From contig JAYSVF010000080.1 of assembly GCA_043718695.1 (NCBI GenBank), positions 1 to 24,000 of the forward strand: DNA of 24,000 nucleotides, given 5' to 3'. Position 1 is the stretch's first letter. Every line of letters begins with the position of its first letter. Below, one piece after another: positions 6,038-14,428 of this stretch. A model generated the notes under the pieces. It had not been told where the DNA came from, made no database searches, and worked only from the letters and a program-made list of their open reading frames with translations. The translations under genes and the position numbers were made by a program. The DNA comes from Acidimicrobiia bacterium. GTDB taxonomy: Bacteria; Actinomycetota; Acidimicrobiia; Acidimicrobiales; JANYDT01.

Positions 6038-7125
6038 GTGGCGACACAACCGTCGCAGCTAGCCACTCGCTGAACAACGGTCGGCGAGCGAAACCTCGGT
6101 TCACTGATCAGGTCATTACCATGGCCCACGGCGCGGGCGGTTTAGCCAGCGAGGCTCTTGTTGATTCGGTCTTTCGAACAGCATTCACCGACTCTGAACT
6201 GCTGCGTGCCGATGATGGTGCGGTTCTTGAACTTGATTCGTCGTTGTCTGGTTTGGTCGACCTTGTCATGACTACCGACTCCTTCGTTGTGCGACCCCGA
6301 CGATTTCCCGGCGGATCAATAGGTACACTTGCTATTTGCGGAACCGTGAACGATCTTTGCGTGATGGGCGCCAAACCACGATGGTTGTCGGTAGCCTTTG
6401 TGCTCGAAGAGGGCTTTGCCGTGGAAGAACTCAGAGCCATTGTTGCCGATATGGCTGAGATGGCCAACCGCAGTGGTGTCCGAGTTGTTGCGGGAGATAC
6501 CAAGGTGGTTGAACGCGGAGCAGCCGACGGTTGCTATGTGACAACCACAGGAATTGGCACTCGTGTCAAGCATCGAGCTTTGGGTGCAGAACAGGTGAAG
6601 GTTGGTGACTCTGTAATCGTTTCGGGAAGGCTGGGCGACCACGGCATGGCCGTCATGCTCGCCCGCGGCGATCTCGCACTGTCGGCCGACATCGAATCTG
6701 ACTGCGCACCTCTCAATGACCTGATCGAAGCTGTAGTTCTCGCGGCTCCCAATGTCCGCTGGATGCGTGACCCAACCCGTGGCGGCCTCGCCAGCGCGCT
6801 AAACGAACTGGTTCGAGCAAACAACCTATCGGTCAAACTGGAGGAAACTTCGCTTCCAGTCATGCCTGCCGTAGCTGGTGCGTGCGAGTTGTTAGGCATT
6901 GACCCGCTCTACGTGGCCAACGAGGGGAAGGTCGTGCTCGTGGTCCCACCCAACGAAGCGGACGCCGCGCTCGGGGCCCTCCGTTCCCATCCCCTTGGAT
7001 TGCATGCAGCAGTTATTGGGACCATCAACGCTGAACCCTCGCGGATCGTCATGGTCCGAACGGCGTTTGGCGGAGAGCGTATTGTTGACCTTCTCGTCGG
7101 TGACCCGCTCCCAAGAATCTGCTGA
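6034..7125 (+). CDS. hypE: Hydrogenase maturation protein HypE
   Basis: Start taken at the ATG overlapping the hypD stop (ATGA at 6034-6037). MAHGAGG, an AIR-synthase-like core, and the C-terminal PRIC motif. Confidence 0.93.
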   Translation: MSGDTTVAASHSLNNGRRAKPRFTDQVITMAHGAGGLASEALVDSVFRTAFTDSELLRADDGAVLELDSSLSGLVDLVMTTDSFVVRPRRFPGGSIGTLAICGTVNDLCVMGAKPRWLSVAFVLEEGFAVEELRAIVADMAEMANRSGVRVVAGDTKVVERGAADGCYVTTTGIGTRVKHRALGAEQVKVGDSVIVSGRLGDHGMAVMLARGDLALSADIESDCAPLNDLIEAVVLAAPNVRWMRDPTRGGLASALNELVRANNLSVKLEETSLPVMPAVAGACELLGIDPLYVANEGKVVLVVPPNEADAALGALRSHPLGLHAAVIGTINAEPSRIVMVRTAFGGERIVDLLVGDPLPRIC

Positions 7126-7164
7126 ACAATTCTCAAACGAATCTCTAACTAAGACCCGCTCCAC

Positions 7165-7440
7165 GTGGCAGGAACCGTATGGAGACTTAGGACCTCCGAG
7201 CTCGAGGCGCATCTTGAACAGCATGGATGGTGCGTCACAGCGATTCGTTCCCGACGTGAAGAGATGCTGGCTTATCATGCTGCTCGCCGCGATTTTCTTC
7301 GTGAGGCCGAAGAATTGCTGGTGACCGAGCTGCCCAAGGAAGGCGTCGATCGCCTCGTGGGCCGGGCCGCAACTGTGGCCGCACTCCTTGAAGAACAGCG
7401 ACTCGATATGGTCTTCATCACCGCAGTACGTCGGGGCTGA
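7165..7440 (+). CDS. Hypothetical 91-aa helical protein (GTG start, weak support)
   Basis: Open frame with plausible composition after hypE, but no recognisable SD or family. Ends 6 nt from the convergent permease stop. Confidence 0.35.
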   Translation: MAGTVWRLRTSELEAHLEQHGWCVTAIRSRREEMLAYHAARRDFLREAEELLVTELPKEGVDRLVGRAATVAALLEEQRLDMVFITAVRRG

Positions 7441-7446
7441 GCCGAT

Positions 7447-8301
7447 TCAAGCCCGACGCACAACCACATCGGCGACGCGATCACCGAGAAGGTTCAGCGA
7501 TAAAACCGTGAAGGCAATACACGCACCGGGAAAAACTGGAAGCCACCAGGCCACACGCAAATAGCGTTGTGCGTCGCCAGCAAGTTGCCCCCAACTGACC
7601 GTGTTCGGATCACCCAAACCGAGGAAGCCGATGCCCGCCTCGATCAACAACGCTTGGGCCACAACGAGGCCAAGGTAAGCGAACGTAGTGGGCACAACGT
7701 TTGGCACCACCTCACGCCACAGCACCCGGCGTCGGGTCGCTCCAGCCGCACGTGCAGCGACCACGAAATCACGTTCGACCAACGACTGGGTCTCAGCTCT
7801 AACAATGCGCGCCAAGGTCGGCCAGCTGGTGAGTCCAAGGAGCAGGGCCAGTCGTCCAAGACCCGCCCCGAAGATCGAACTGACGACGAGTGCCAAGAAG
7901 AACCGCGGCACGATTTGGACGATCTCCGTTACGCGCATCAAAAGATCATCTACCCAGCGCTTCGAGGACCCCGCCACGAGGCCCACGCTCGTTCCGATCA
8001 GCAGAACGAGCGCCGCCACGGTCGTCAGCACGAAAACGGAACTTCGGGTGCCGTGCACGACTTGGGACCACAGGTCACGTCCAAGCGCATCGCTCCCCAT
8101 GAGAAACCTCGCGCTCGGGGGATCCAGTGGTGGAGCCACTATCGCGAACGGTTTGTTTGGGGCCAGGATCGGTGCCGAAAGGCCGATGCACGCCACCACA
8201 AAACAACCCGTAAACCCAAGGGCTCCCGTTGGTGATCGCACGAGGCGAGCCAAAATGCTTTGCTTGATCACGTTCTCCGCACCTTTTTGGGCTTTGCGCA
8301 A
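7447..8301 (-). CDS. ABC transporter permease, peptide/nickel (DppC/OppC/NikC) family
   Basis: MGSDALGRDLWSQVVHG and ARAAGATRRRVLWREVVPNV (EAA-loop region), with multiple TM segments. The annotated start is TTG; an in-frame GTG 10 codons downstream is an alternative. Confidence 0.85.
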   Translation of the reverse strand: MRKAQKGAENVIKQSILARLVRSPTGALGFTGCFVVACIGLSAPILAPNKPFAIVAPPLDPPSARFLMGSDALGRDLWSQVVHGTRSSVFVLTTVAALVLLIGTSVGLVAGSSKRWVDDLLMRVTEIVQIVPRFFLALVVSSIFGAGLGRLALLLGLTSWPTLARIVRAETQSLVERDFVVAARAAGATRRRVLWREVVPNVVPTTFAYLGLVVAQALLIEAGIGFLGLGDPNTVSWGQLAGDAQRYLRVAWWLPVFPGACIAFTVLSLNLLGDRVADVVVRRA

Positions 8302-8308
8302 TCTTGTT

Positions 8309-9292
8309 TCATCGAGCCAACCGAGTCTGGCCGATGCGCGGATCTAATCGAGAGCTAACGAGGTCGATCACGAGATTGGCCACAACAACAGTCAGCGATG
8401 TCATCAAGAAGACTCCGAGGACGACAGGAATGTCGCGATTCTGCATTGCGCTGAGCAGAAGCCGACCAACACCGGGCCATCCAAACATGATTTCAACGAT
8501 TACTGTGCCGGATAGCATTTGTCCGAGCCGCCCTCCAATTACGGCCAGAACGGGAAGAAGCGGACGTTTCAATGCGTGGCGAAGAAGTACCGAACGCTCA
8601 GGCAAACCCTTTGAGCGCGCCATGAGGATATGCGCGCTTTCTAATTCGTCGATGAGACCAGACCGCAAAAGGCGCGTCACTGAACCAACTTCTTGGGCGG
8701 CCAAAATCATTACGGGCAGAACAAGGTGATGTGCGACGTCGACAAATGCTGCGAACCCGGACTTTACCTCCCGAGCGTTAGTCATGCCTTGGACGGGAAA
8801 CCACCCAAAGCGGAGCGCCAACCACAAAATGGCAATCTGCCCGATCCAAAACGTCGGTGTAGCGACCACAAGCACACTGAGGGTATTTACGACAACGTCA
8901 CCGATTCGATTGCGGCGGCTCGCCGAATACGCCGCAGCCACAACTCCGATTATGGTCGAAAGCACCAGGGCGGTGCCGGTGAGCAACAGCGTCTCGGGAA
9001 TCCGCTCAGCAATCAATGAGAGCACCGGCCGACCCTGAAGATAGGAAGTGCCCAGATCGCCTTTGATCAAACGCCCAAGATAAGAAAAGAACTGAGTCAA
9101 AATCGGTTCGTTCAGGCCAAACCGAGCCCTCGTCTCGGCGTAATAGGTCGCATCACCACCATCTCCCGCCAAGGCAAGCGCCGGGTCTCCAGGCGCGAGA
9201 TGGATCAGCACAAAGGAGAGTGTCACCACAGCCGCAGCGGTCGGGATCGCAAACCCCAACCGCCGTGCTGCGTATCGCAAGCCGCGACTCAC
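8309..9292 (-). CDS. ABC transporter permease, peptide/nickel (DppB/OppB/NikB) family
   Basis: N-terminal LRYAARRLGFAIPTAAAVVTLSFVLIHLAPGDP, MARSKGLPERSVLLRHALK, and C-terminal VVANLVIDLV...LDPR are all typical of the family. GTG start. Confidence 0.85.
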   Translation of the reverse strand: MSRGLRYAARRLGFAIPTAAAVVTLSFVLIHLAPGDPALALAGDGGDATYYAETRARFGLNEPILTQFFSYLGRLIKGDLGTSYLQGRPVLSLIAERIPETLLLTGTALVLSTIIGVVAAAYSASRRNRIGDVVVNTLSVLVVATPTFWIGQIAILWLALRFGWFPVQGMTNAREVKSGFAAFVDVAHHLVLPVMILAAQEVGSVTRLLRSGLIDELESAHILMARSKGLPERSVLLRHALKRPLLPVLAVIGGRLGQMLSGTVIVEIMFGWPGVGRLLLSAMQNRDIPVVLGVFLMTSLTVVVANLVIDLVSSRLDPRIGQTRLAR

Positions 9293-9324
9293 CAGTCGAA
9301 CTTTGCCGGTCTCATTTCATCAGT

Positions 9325-11082
9325 CTATTTTTTGCAGCTCGCCGCTTCGGCGAAGTGGCCCGATTCACTAAATCCCGTGCACGACGAACGAAATACTCGT
9401 GTACCCGTGGTCTCTACCAGCCAGATGTAGGGCAGGTCCTCGACCACAATCTCTTGGATCTTGCGATAAATCGAGCTACGGAACGAAACCGAACTGTTGG
9501 TTGCCGCGTCCTCGAATAGCTTTGTAACGGCTGCGTTGCGATAAGCCGACGAATTTGAGAACGCAACAGGACCGATTTGCGCCGAGTCATACATACGCCG
9601 AACACCAATTTCTGGATCGGTTCCGTTGCAGTAGCTAATCACATTTGTGTCGAAATCACGACGGGTAAACACTCGATCAGCGAAGGGCGCATTGTCTGCA
9701 GTTTCGAGTTGCACATCGATTCCGATTTCTGCAAGTTGCGCCTTGATCAGCTGACCATAGAGGGCAAAAGTTGGAAAGCTCAGGAACCGGAATCGAAGCG
9801 GTGTGCCGTCTCGCACCCCAGAAACGCTCTGTGCTGTCCGCGTGCCCGAACCTGCTTGCTTCCACCCAGCTTCATCGAGAAGGCGGGCGGCGGCCACCTT
9901 GTCGAAACCAGGAATCTTCAGGTCTTTGGCATAGGCGAAGGGAATCCCACTAGCAATCGGCCCAGTGGCAACTTTCCCCTGACCAAACAAAATTCGGTCG
10001 AGGAATTGCTTGCGGTCAAGACCTTGAAGAATCCCTTGACGGGTTCGCTGATCGGCGAAGATTGGCTTCTCTAAATTGAAACTCATCGACATAATGCAGT
10101 TCGAACCGCCAGGGTTTGTGAGCGTCTCGAGTGTCGATAATGACTTGTTTGCCTTCACGCGAGACAGATCTGCCCCGTTCACGCCATAGAGGAAATCGAC
10201 CTCCCCAGCCTCAAGGGCGATAAGTTGATTACCGGCATCGGGAATGACTCGCAGCACCACGCCATCGAGGTAAGGAAGACCTGCCTTGAAGTAGTTCTTG
10301 TTCGCCTTGAGACGTAGCTCGGCACCGGGCTTGTACGAATCAAACGCAAAGGGCCCGGTGCCGACGGGCTTGAGGTTGTAGGGATTTCGTGTCGCGTCTG
10401 TACCTGCGTAGAGGTGCGCGGGAAGGATTGGCGCTTCGGTCACATTCAGCTGTTGAAGAAACGCCGAGTATGGCTTGTAGAATCGAAACGTCACCGTTTG
10501 GGCGTCTGGAGTTTCGATACTTTTGACGGCGTCAAGCAACGAGGCCCGGGAACGAGCGTGGAACTTCGGCAGTGGGTCTTCAAATGTGTACTTAACATCT
10601 GCAGAGGAAAAGGGTTTGCCGTCGTGCCACGTGATGCCCTTGCGGAGTTTGAAGGTGTAGTCGCCACTGGATACTGTCCAACTCTCGGCCAACTCGGGAA
10701 CCAACTTCCCGTTCTCATCAATCTCAACGAGTCCGTTGTACATAAGTTCCGACGCCGAGTGAACTGCTCCCGCAGTGGTGATCGCCGGATTCAGCTGGCC
10801 CGGATCTTGAGTGATAGCTGCGACCAGCGTTCCGCCTCGATCCGGTGACAACACTGGAGTCGGAGCAGCGGTTGTACTAGTGACAGCCGTTGTCGGAGGG
10901 GCGGAGGCCGATACTTTTGTGGTATTCGTTGCTTTTGCAACGGGTTTCTTGCCCGCTGCTTTTTTCGTAGCAGCGGAACCTGGCGAATGTGCGATAACTA
11001 CAGTGAGCAGCACCCCTAACGCCAACAGCTCCGTTCTCCGCAGAAGTGACCGATGAGTCGTCATATCAAGGTTTGAGCGCAT
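9325..11082 (-). CDS. Extracellular solute-binding protein, family 5 (DppA/OppA/NikA-like), with signal peptide and Lys- then Thr/Pro-rich linker
   Basis: Signal-like N-terminus (RSLLRRTELLALGVLLTVVIAHSPGSAA). The linker is ATKKAAGKKPVAKATNTTKVSASAPPTTAVTSTTAAPTP. The family-5 core includes DPGQLNPA, LVEIDENGKLVPELAESW and ITWHDGKPFSSADV. Confidence 0.85.
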   Translation of the reverse strand: MRSNLDMTTHRSLLRRTELLALGVLLTVVIAHSPGSAATKKAAGKKPVAKATNTTKVSASAPPTTAVTSTTAAPTPVLSPDRGGTLVAAITQDPGQLNPAITTAGAVHSASELMYNGLVEIDENGKLVPELAESWTVSSGDYTFKLRKGITWHDGKPFSSADVKYTFEDPLPKFHARSRASLLDAVKSIETPDAQTVTFRFYKPYSAFLQQLNVTEAPILPAHLYAGTDATRNPYNLKPVGTGPFAFDSYKPGAELRLKANKNYFKAGLPYLDGVVLRVIPDAGNQLIALEAGEVDFLYGVNGADLSRVKANKSLSTLETLTNPGGSNCIMSMSFNLEKPIFADQRTRQGILQGLDRKQFLDRILFGQGKVATGPIASGIPFAYAKDLKIPGFDKVAAARLLDEAGWKQAGSGTRTAQSVSGVRDGTPLRFRFLSFPTFALYGQLIKAQLAEIGIDVQLETADNAPFADRVFTRRDFDTNVISYCNGTDPEIGVRRMYDSAQIGPVAFSNSSAYRNAAVTKLFEDAATNSSVSFRSSIYRKIQEIVVEDLPYIWLVETTGTRVFRSSCTGFSESGHFAEAASCKK

Positions 11083-11228
11083 TTAAGAAACTCCAGTGCC
11101 GACTAGGGATGATTCGACACGCTACCTTTGACTCACGCGACCTACATGTCTAGTGCACATAGCGAAAACCTTGACCGTTCCCGAAATGCAACCGAATCGG
11201 CACTTCGGCCGCTGGCCACGGTAGTCAC

Positions 11229-12638
11229 TCAGCGCTCGCGGGCAAGGTCCATGGTGTCGTATGCGCCGACTCGTGACCAACCGATTTGCGTGAAGGTAGG
11301 GTCCATAATGTTGCGACAGTGGCCCGGGGAGTTGACCCAGCCTTGGAGCATGGCGGCTGCGTTGGGATAGTTCCATCCAACATTCTCGCCCCAGGCATTC
11401 CAGGTGAACCCGGCTGCGGTGATGCGCGCACCGCCATCGGAACCGCCAGCACCCGTATGCGTCATGGTACCAATCTGCAACTGGTAACTCGATTGCACCC
11501 TCGCTGCTTCCTCCAACCGCGCATCCCAACTCAGCGCTGGAGCAGCGGCGAATGCCACAGCCCCGCATGACCGTCCTTGGCTGCGGACCTGGTTGACCAT
11601 CGCTAACCAGGTTGCTGCGTTTCCACTTGCAACGGGGGGCTGGGTTGCGGGAATCGTCGCGACGGTTGTGGTTGTGGCGGGCACTGTTGCCACGGTAACC
11701 GGCACGGTCGAAGTATTCGTCGTGGTTGTGGTTGGGGGTGTTGTCGTGGTTGTTGTTGTCGGTGTGGCGGTCGTCGTGGTTGTTGGTGTTGTGAGCACTG
11801 TCGTCGTTGAAGCCGGAGTCAATGTTGTAGCTACCGTTGCCGCGACGGTGTTTGTAACGACGAGGGGCTGCAGCGTGGAACTGGCATTCACCGTCGCAGA
11901 AACCGTTGTTTGCTGTGTTGGCGCTTGAACTGTCGAAGAGGTCGTCGAAGCAGGAGAAGAACTCGTCGTGGTGGCAGAAGTAGCGCTCGCCGAAGGCACG
12001 ACCAGAGCCAAAGCCGATGGAATCGTTGACAGAGTACTTGCGGGAACAGAAACCACTGGAGGCGCCGGTTGGACCAAAGGAGCATTCGCACCCGACGAAA
12101 TGTTGCCCACCGCCGAACCAGGCGCAACCCGCTCAGCACTCGACGTGATCGTGGGTGACAACTTCGACCCACACGCGCCCGACATATGACGTGCGAGCCG
12201 TCTACTCAACACTTCGTAGTTTGCGCTCACACGAACAAATGATGTGCGCGCTTTGGATTGTGCTCGTCGACTTCGAGAGGTCTTCATCGGCTTCCATGCG
12301 GAACGCAAACTCGCCAGCGTGCCCGCGCTAGATCGATACATGGGCGCAAGAGCTCGCGGTGCGGTTTTCCCAATTCGTTTCAAGCTGAACCGAAGGTCAT
12401 CGATGACGGCCGCGCCAGAAGCAAATGTTGTCGAGCGTTCATCGAACCGCAACCACGGAGAACCCTTGGCGGATTCAAGGCGGACAACGGTGCAATACCG
12501 GGAAACCTTCGAGACACGGAGAGATTTCGCCTCGGCGGGCAATGTGCCGACTAGCGCCAACCCCATCAATGCTGCGGCTACGAGCGCACCAACCCAAAGG
12601 GTGACACCGGTTTGCTGAGAAAGCCGAAAACTTTTCAC
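11229..12638 (-). CDS. Secreted CAP/SCP/PR-1-like (YkwD-type) domain protein with a long Ser/Thr/Pro/Val-rich linker
   Basis: GTG start and signal peptide (VTLWVGALVAAALMGLALVGTLPAEA). The C-terminal domain WLAMVNQVRSQGRSCG...LSWDARLEEAARVQSSY...HTG...GENVGW...WVNSPGHCRNIMDPTFTQIG matches the CAP family. Confidence 0.8.
   Translation of the reverse strand: MKSFRLSQQTGVTLWVGALVAAALMGLALVGTLPAEAKSLRVSKVSRYCTVVRLESAKGSPWLRFDERSTTFASGAAVIDDLRFSLKRIGKTAPRALAPMYRSSAGTLASLRSAWKPMKTSRSRRAQSKARTSFVRVSANYEVLSRRLARHMSGACGSKLSPTITSSAERVAPGSAVGNISSGANAPLVQPAPPVVSVPASTLSTIPSALALVVPSASATSATTTSSSPASTTSSTVQAPTQQTTVSATVNASSTLQPLVVTNTVAATVATTLTPASTTTVLTTPTTTTTATPTTTTTTTPPTTTTTNTSTVPVTVATVPATTTTVATIPATQPPVASGNAATWLAMVNQVRSQGRSCGAVAFAAAPALSWDARLEEAARVQSSYQLQIGTMTHTGAGGSDGGARITAAGFTWNAWGENVGWNYPNAAAMLQGWVNSPGHCRNIMDPTFTQIGWSRVGAYDTMDLARER
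11628..12083 (-). repeat. Low-complexity Thr/Ser/Pro/Ala/Val-rich coding tract (about residues 186-337 of the CAP-domain protein)
   Basis: Runs such as TTPTTTTTATPTTTTTTTPPTTTTTNTS. On the plus strand this appears as GTTGT/GGTGG-rich DNA that creates a spurious Val-rich antisense ORF. Confidence 0.9.
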
Positions 12639-12659
12639 TTACTGGGTATCGGCACCTCC

Positions 12660-12688
12660 ACCCAAGAACTCGAGTCAAATTCTTGGGT
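12660..12688. other. 9-bp inverted repeat ACCCAAGAA-N11-TTCTTGGGT in the divergent CAP/hydrolase intergenic region
   Basis: Read directly from the sequence. Role unknown (operator or RNA hairpin). Confidence 0.3.
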
Positions 12689-12921
12689 TCAACATGACAA
12701 CTTGATCTTCACGATGATTGCCGAGGAGCGAGGCAACTGAATGGGGCCGCTCAACTGCAAAAGGCCGTTTCCTTCGCCCGGGTTCATCCATGCACGTGGT
12801 GCACGCAACTACCCACACGCAGGCCCAAGACGCCAAATCGCCACCTACTGAATCCACCACCTAGGCAGAAGGCTGGACCGCAAGATAGCCTCCGTAAGCG
12901 AAACCAACGAAAGGAATCACG

Positions 12922-13905
12922 ATGGCACTCAATGATTATCTGGCCGAAGAGATCACCCTCGACCATGCAGAAGGCCACCTCTCCCGACGAGAAGCCCTGA
13001 GGCTGCTGGTTTTGCTCGGTGTAGCTGTTCCCCTGGCAAAAGGTCTGCTCGATGCCGGTTCGGCCGATGCGGCAACCAAGAAGGCGGCGAAAAAGAAGCC
13101 AGCGGCGAAAGCCAAAACCCCTCCCACCACGCGACCAAAAGCTGTCGCAACAACTTCCACAACCGCACCCGCACCCACCCTGACCCAACCCACAACCACC
13201 ACTGCGGCATCGTCCACGGCCGGTCGCTCGGTCACGCCAACTCCCGTGAGCTTCGCAGGACCTGTCGGTCAAATTTTCGGCAGTTTTGCTGGTGCCGAGA
13301 AGCCCAAGGGTGCGGTCCTGATTATCCATGAGAACCGGGGTTTGACCGACCATTTCATGGCGCTTCCCGGTCGATTCGCTGCCGACGGTTATTCAGCTCT
13401 GGCCATCGATCTCGCGTCACGCGCTGGCGGCACCGCAGCCGTCGCCTCCCAGATGCCCGCACCTTTAGCGAACGCCCGAAGCGAAGACCTAGTCGCCGAT
13501 ATGAAGGCTGGGTTGGATGAACTTGCCAAACGAACTCCCGGAGTGAAGATGGCGGTGACGGGTTTCTGTTTCGGTGGCGGCATGGTGTGGAGCCTTCTCA
13601 ACGCTGGCGATTCCCGTCTGGCGGCAGGCGTTCCCTTCTACGGCACGGGTCCCTCAGACCCTGATTTCACCCGTTCCCCCAACACCGCCGTCATGGCGGT
13701 TTACGCGGAGCTCGATTCACGCGTGAATGCCAATCGCCCCGCAATGACCGCTGCTCTGGAGAAGGCCAAACTGGTTCACCAGATTGTGACTGCTCCCGGA
13801 GTAGACCATGCCTTCTTTAACGACACCGGTGCGCGCTATAACGCGCCCCAAACAACCGCCGTCTACGCCAAAGTCCTCGACTGGTTCGCCAAGCACCTCG
13901 CTTGA
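12922..13905 (+). CDS. Dienelactone hydrolase family protein with a Tat-type signal and Lys/Thr/Pro-rich linker
   Basis: AAAGGAA SD upstream. SRREALRLLVLLG fits the twin-arginine motif. Linker is ATKKAAKKKPAAKAKTPPTTRPKAVATTSTTAPAPT. The DLH core includes GAVLIIHENRGL, GFCFGGGMVW and PGVDHAFFND. Confidence 0.85.
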   Translation: MALNDYLAEEITLDHAEGHLSRREALRLLVLLGVAVPLAKGLLDAGSADAATKKAAKKKPAAKAKTPPTTRPKAVATTSTTAPAPTLTQPTTTTAASSTAGRSVTPTPVSFAGPVGQIFGSFAGAEKPKGAVLIIHENRGLTDHFMALPGRFAADGYSALAIDLASRAGGTAAVASQMPAPLANARSEDLVADMKAGLDELAKRTPGVKMAVTGFCFGGGMVWSLLNAGDSRLAAGVPFYGTGPSDPDFTRSPNTAVMAVYAELDSRVNANRPAMTAALEKAKLVHQIVTAPGVDHAFFNDTGARYNAPQTTAVYAKVLDWFAKHLA

Positions 13906-13995
13906 CCCTGGATGAGGTGGCCGATCCTGGAAGGGGTGGCGGGCGGCTTCGTCTAGGTCATTGATTCAGCTCGTACCTTATTCAGCTCGTTTCCT

Positions 13996-14018
13996 GTTGG
14001 TTCCCTCCTCCTACCAAC
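13996..14018 (+). other. Hairpin GTTGGT / ACCAAC with an 11-nt pyrimidine loop TCCCTCCTCCT (anti-Shine-Dalgarno-like on the plus strand)
   Basis: Read directly from the sequence, in a 517-bp non-coding stretch. Immediately preceded by an 11-bp direct repeat ATTCAGCTCGT at 13964-13974 and 13980-13990. Confidence 0.35.
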
Positions 14019-14262
14019 GCTTGCTTACTCAACCCGACTAACGCCGTCCGGGTTTCGTCCCGTCCTTGTGGTTGCGACCTTAGTTACAAAATGAGTCGGC
14101 AAACGTTGCCCCATGGTGACGTGTGCGGTGTCGTAGTCGATGGCCCACGAGCGTGGCCGCGGTTGCGCCAGAACCGACAAGGACAATTTGTTTCTCTTTG
14201 TAATCAATGTTCGCCGGCCACGATCGCAGGAGGACGTAAATCGTCGCGGCTCCCCGGTCAGG

Positions 14263-14298
14263 CGGGGCAGTTGAGATGCTGACAACTCAGCTGCCCCG
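14263..14298. other. Strong 13-bp-stem hairpin (CGGGGCAGTTGAG-N10-CTCAGCTGCCCCG, one G-U)
   Basis: Read directly from the sequence. Flanked by the near-repeat CCCCGGT(T)CAGG on both sides. No U-tract on either strand. Possible factor-independent I-shaped terminator or sRNA element. Confidence 0.4.
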
Positions 14299-14362
14299 GT
14301 TCAGGAAAACTGCTCAGCCAGCACAGGAACCTTTGTGGGCTTAATTCCTTACATCTAGATTA

Positions 14363-14392
14363 TTGACACAATTGTATAGGCGATGTTAGGCT
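14363..14392 (+). promoter_or_regulatory. Sigma-70-like promoter candidate: TTGACA (14363-14368), 18-nt spacer, TAGGCT (14387-14392)
   Basis: Lies in a locally AT-rich patch about 35 nt upstream of the GAGGAGGA SD of the next gene. The -10 fits the actinobacterial TAnnnT pattern. Confidence 0.45.
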
Positions 14393-14428
14393 TATATCCC
14401 AATTCCTGGAACCCGAGGAGGAATGACA

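Noticed and set aside
7567-8347. Plus-strand ORFs of 222 and 219 aa
   Set aside because: Antisense to the ABC permease genes, highly Arg/Ser/Thr-rich, with no motifs.
11593-11928. 111-aa Val-rich plus-strand ORF
   Set aside because: It is the reverse complement of the Thr-rich low-complexity tract of the CAP-domain gene (ACC/ACG codons read as GGT/CGT/GTx), a compositional artefact.
12784-13353. 189-aa minus-strand ORF (also 12936-13235 and 12953-13210)
   Set aside because: Antisense to the dienelactone hydrolase linker region. Gly/Cys/Arg-rich low complexity with no SD.
14025-14285. Mirror-image ORFs (86 aa minus, 63 aa plus) in the long intergenic region
   Set aside because: No SD, no family resemblance, and mutually overlapping on opposite strands. 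The region is treated as non-coding (possibly structured RNA or a gene remnant).
13906-14422. Possible known riboswitch (c-di-AMP/ydaO-like ACCCGAC..UAAC string at about 14031-14045; TPP-like UGAGA at about 14272) or tRNA/SRP/RNase P gene
   Set aside because: Only short partial matches to remembered consensus elements. The other conserved blocks of these RNAs were not found by eye, so no call is made without a covariance-model search.
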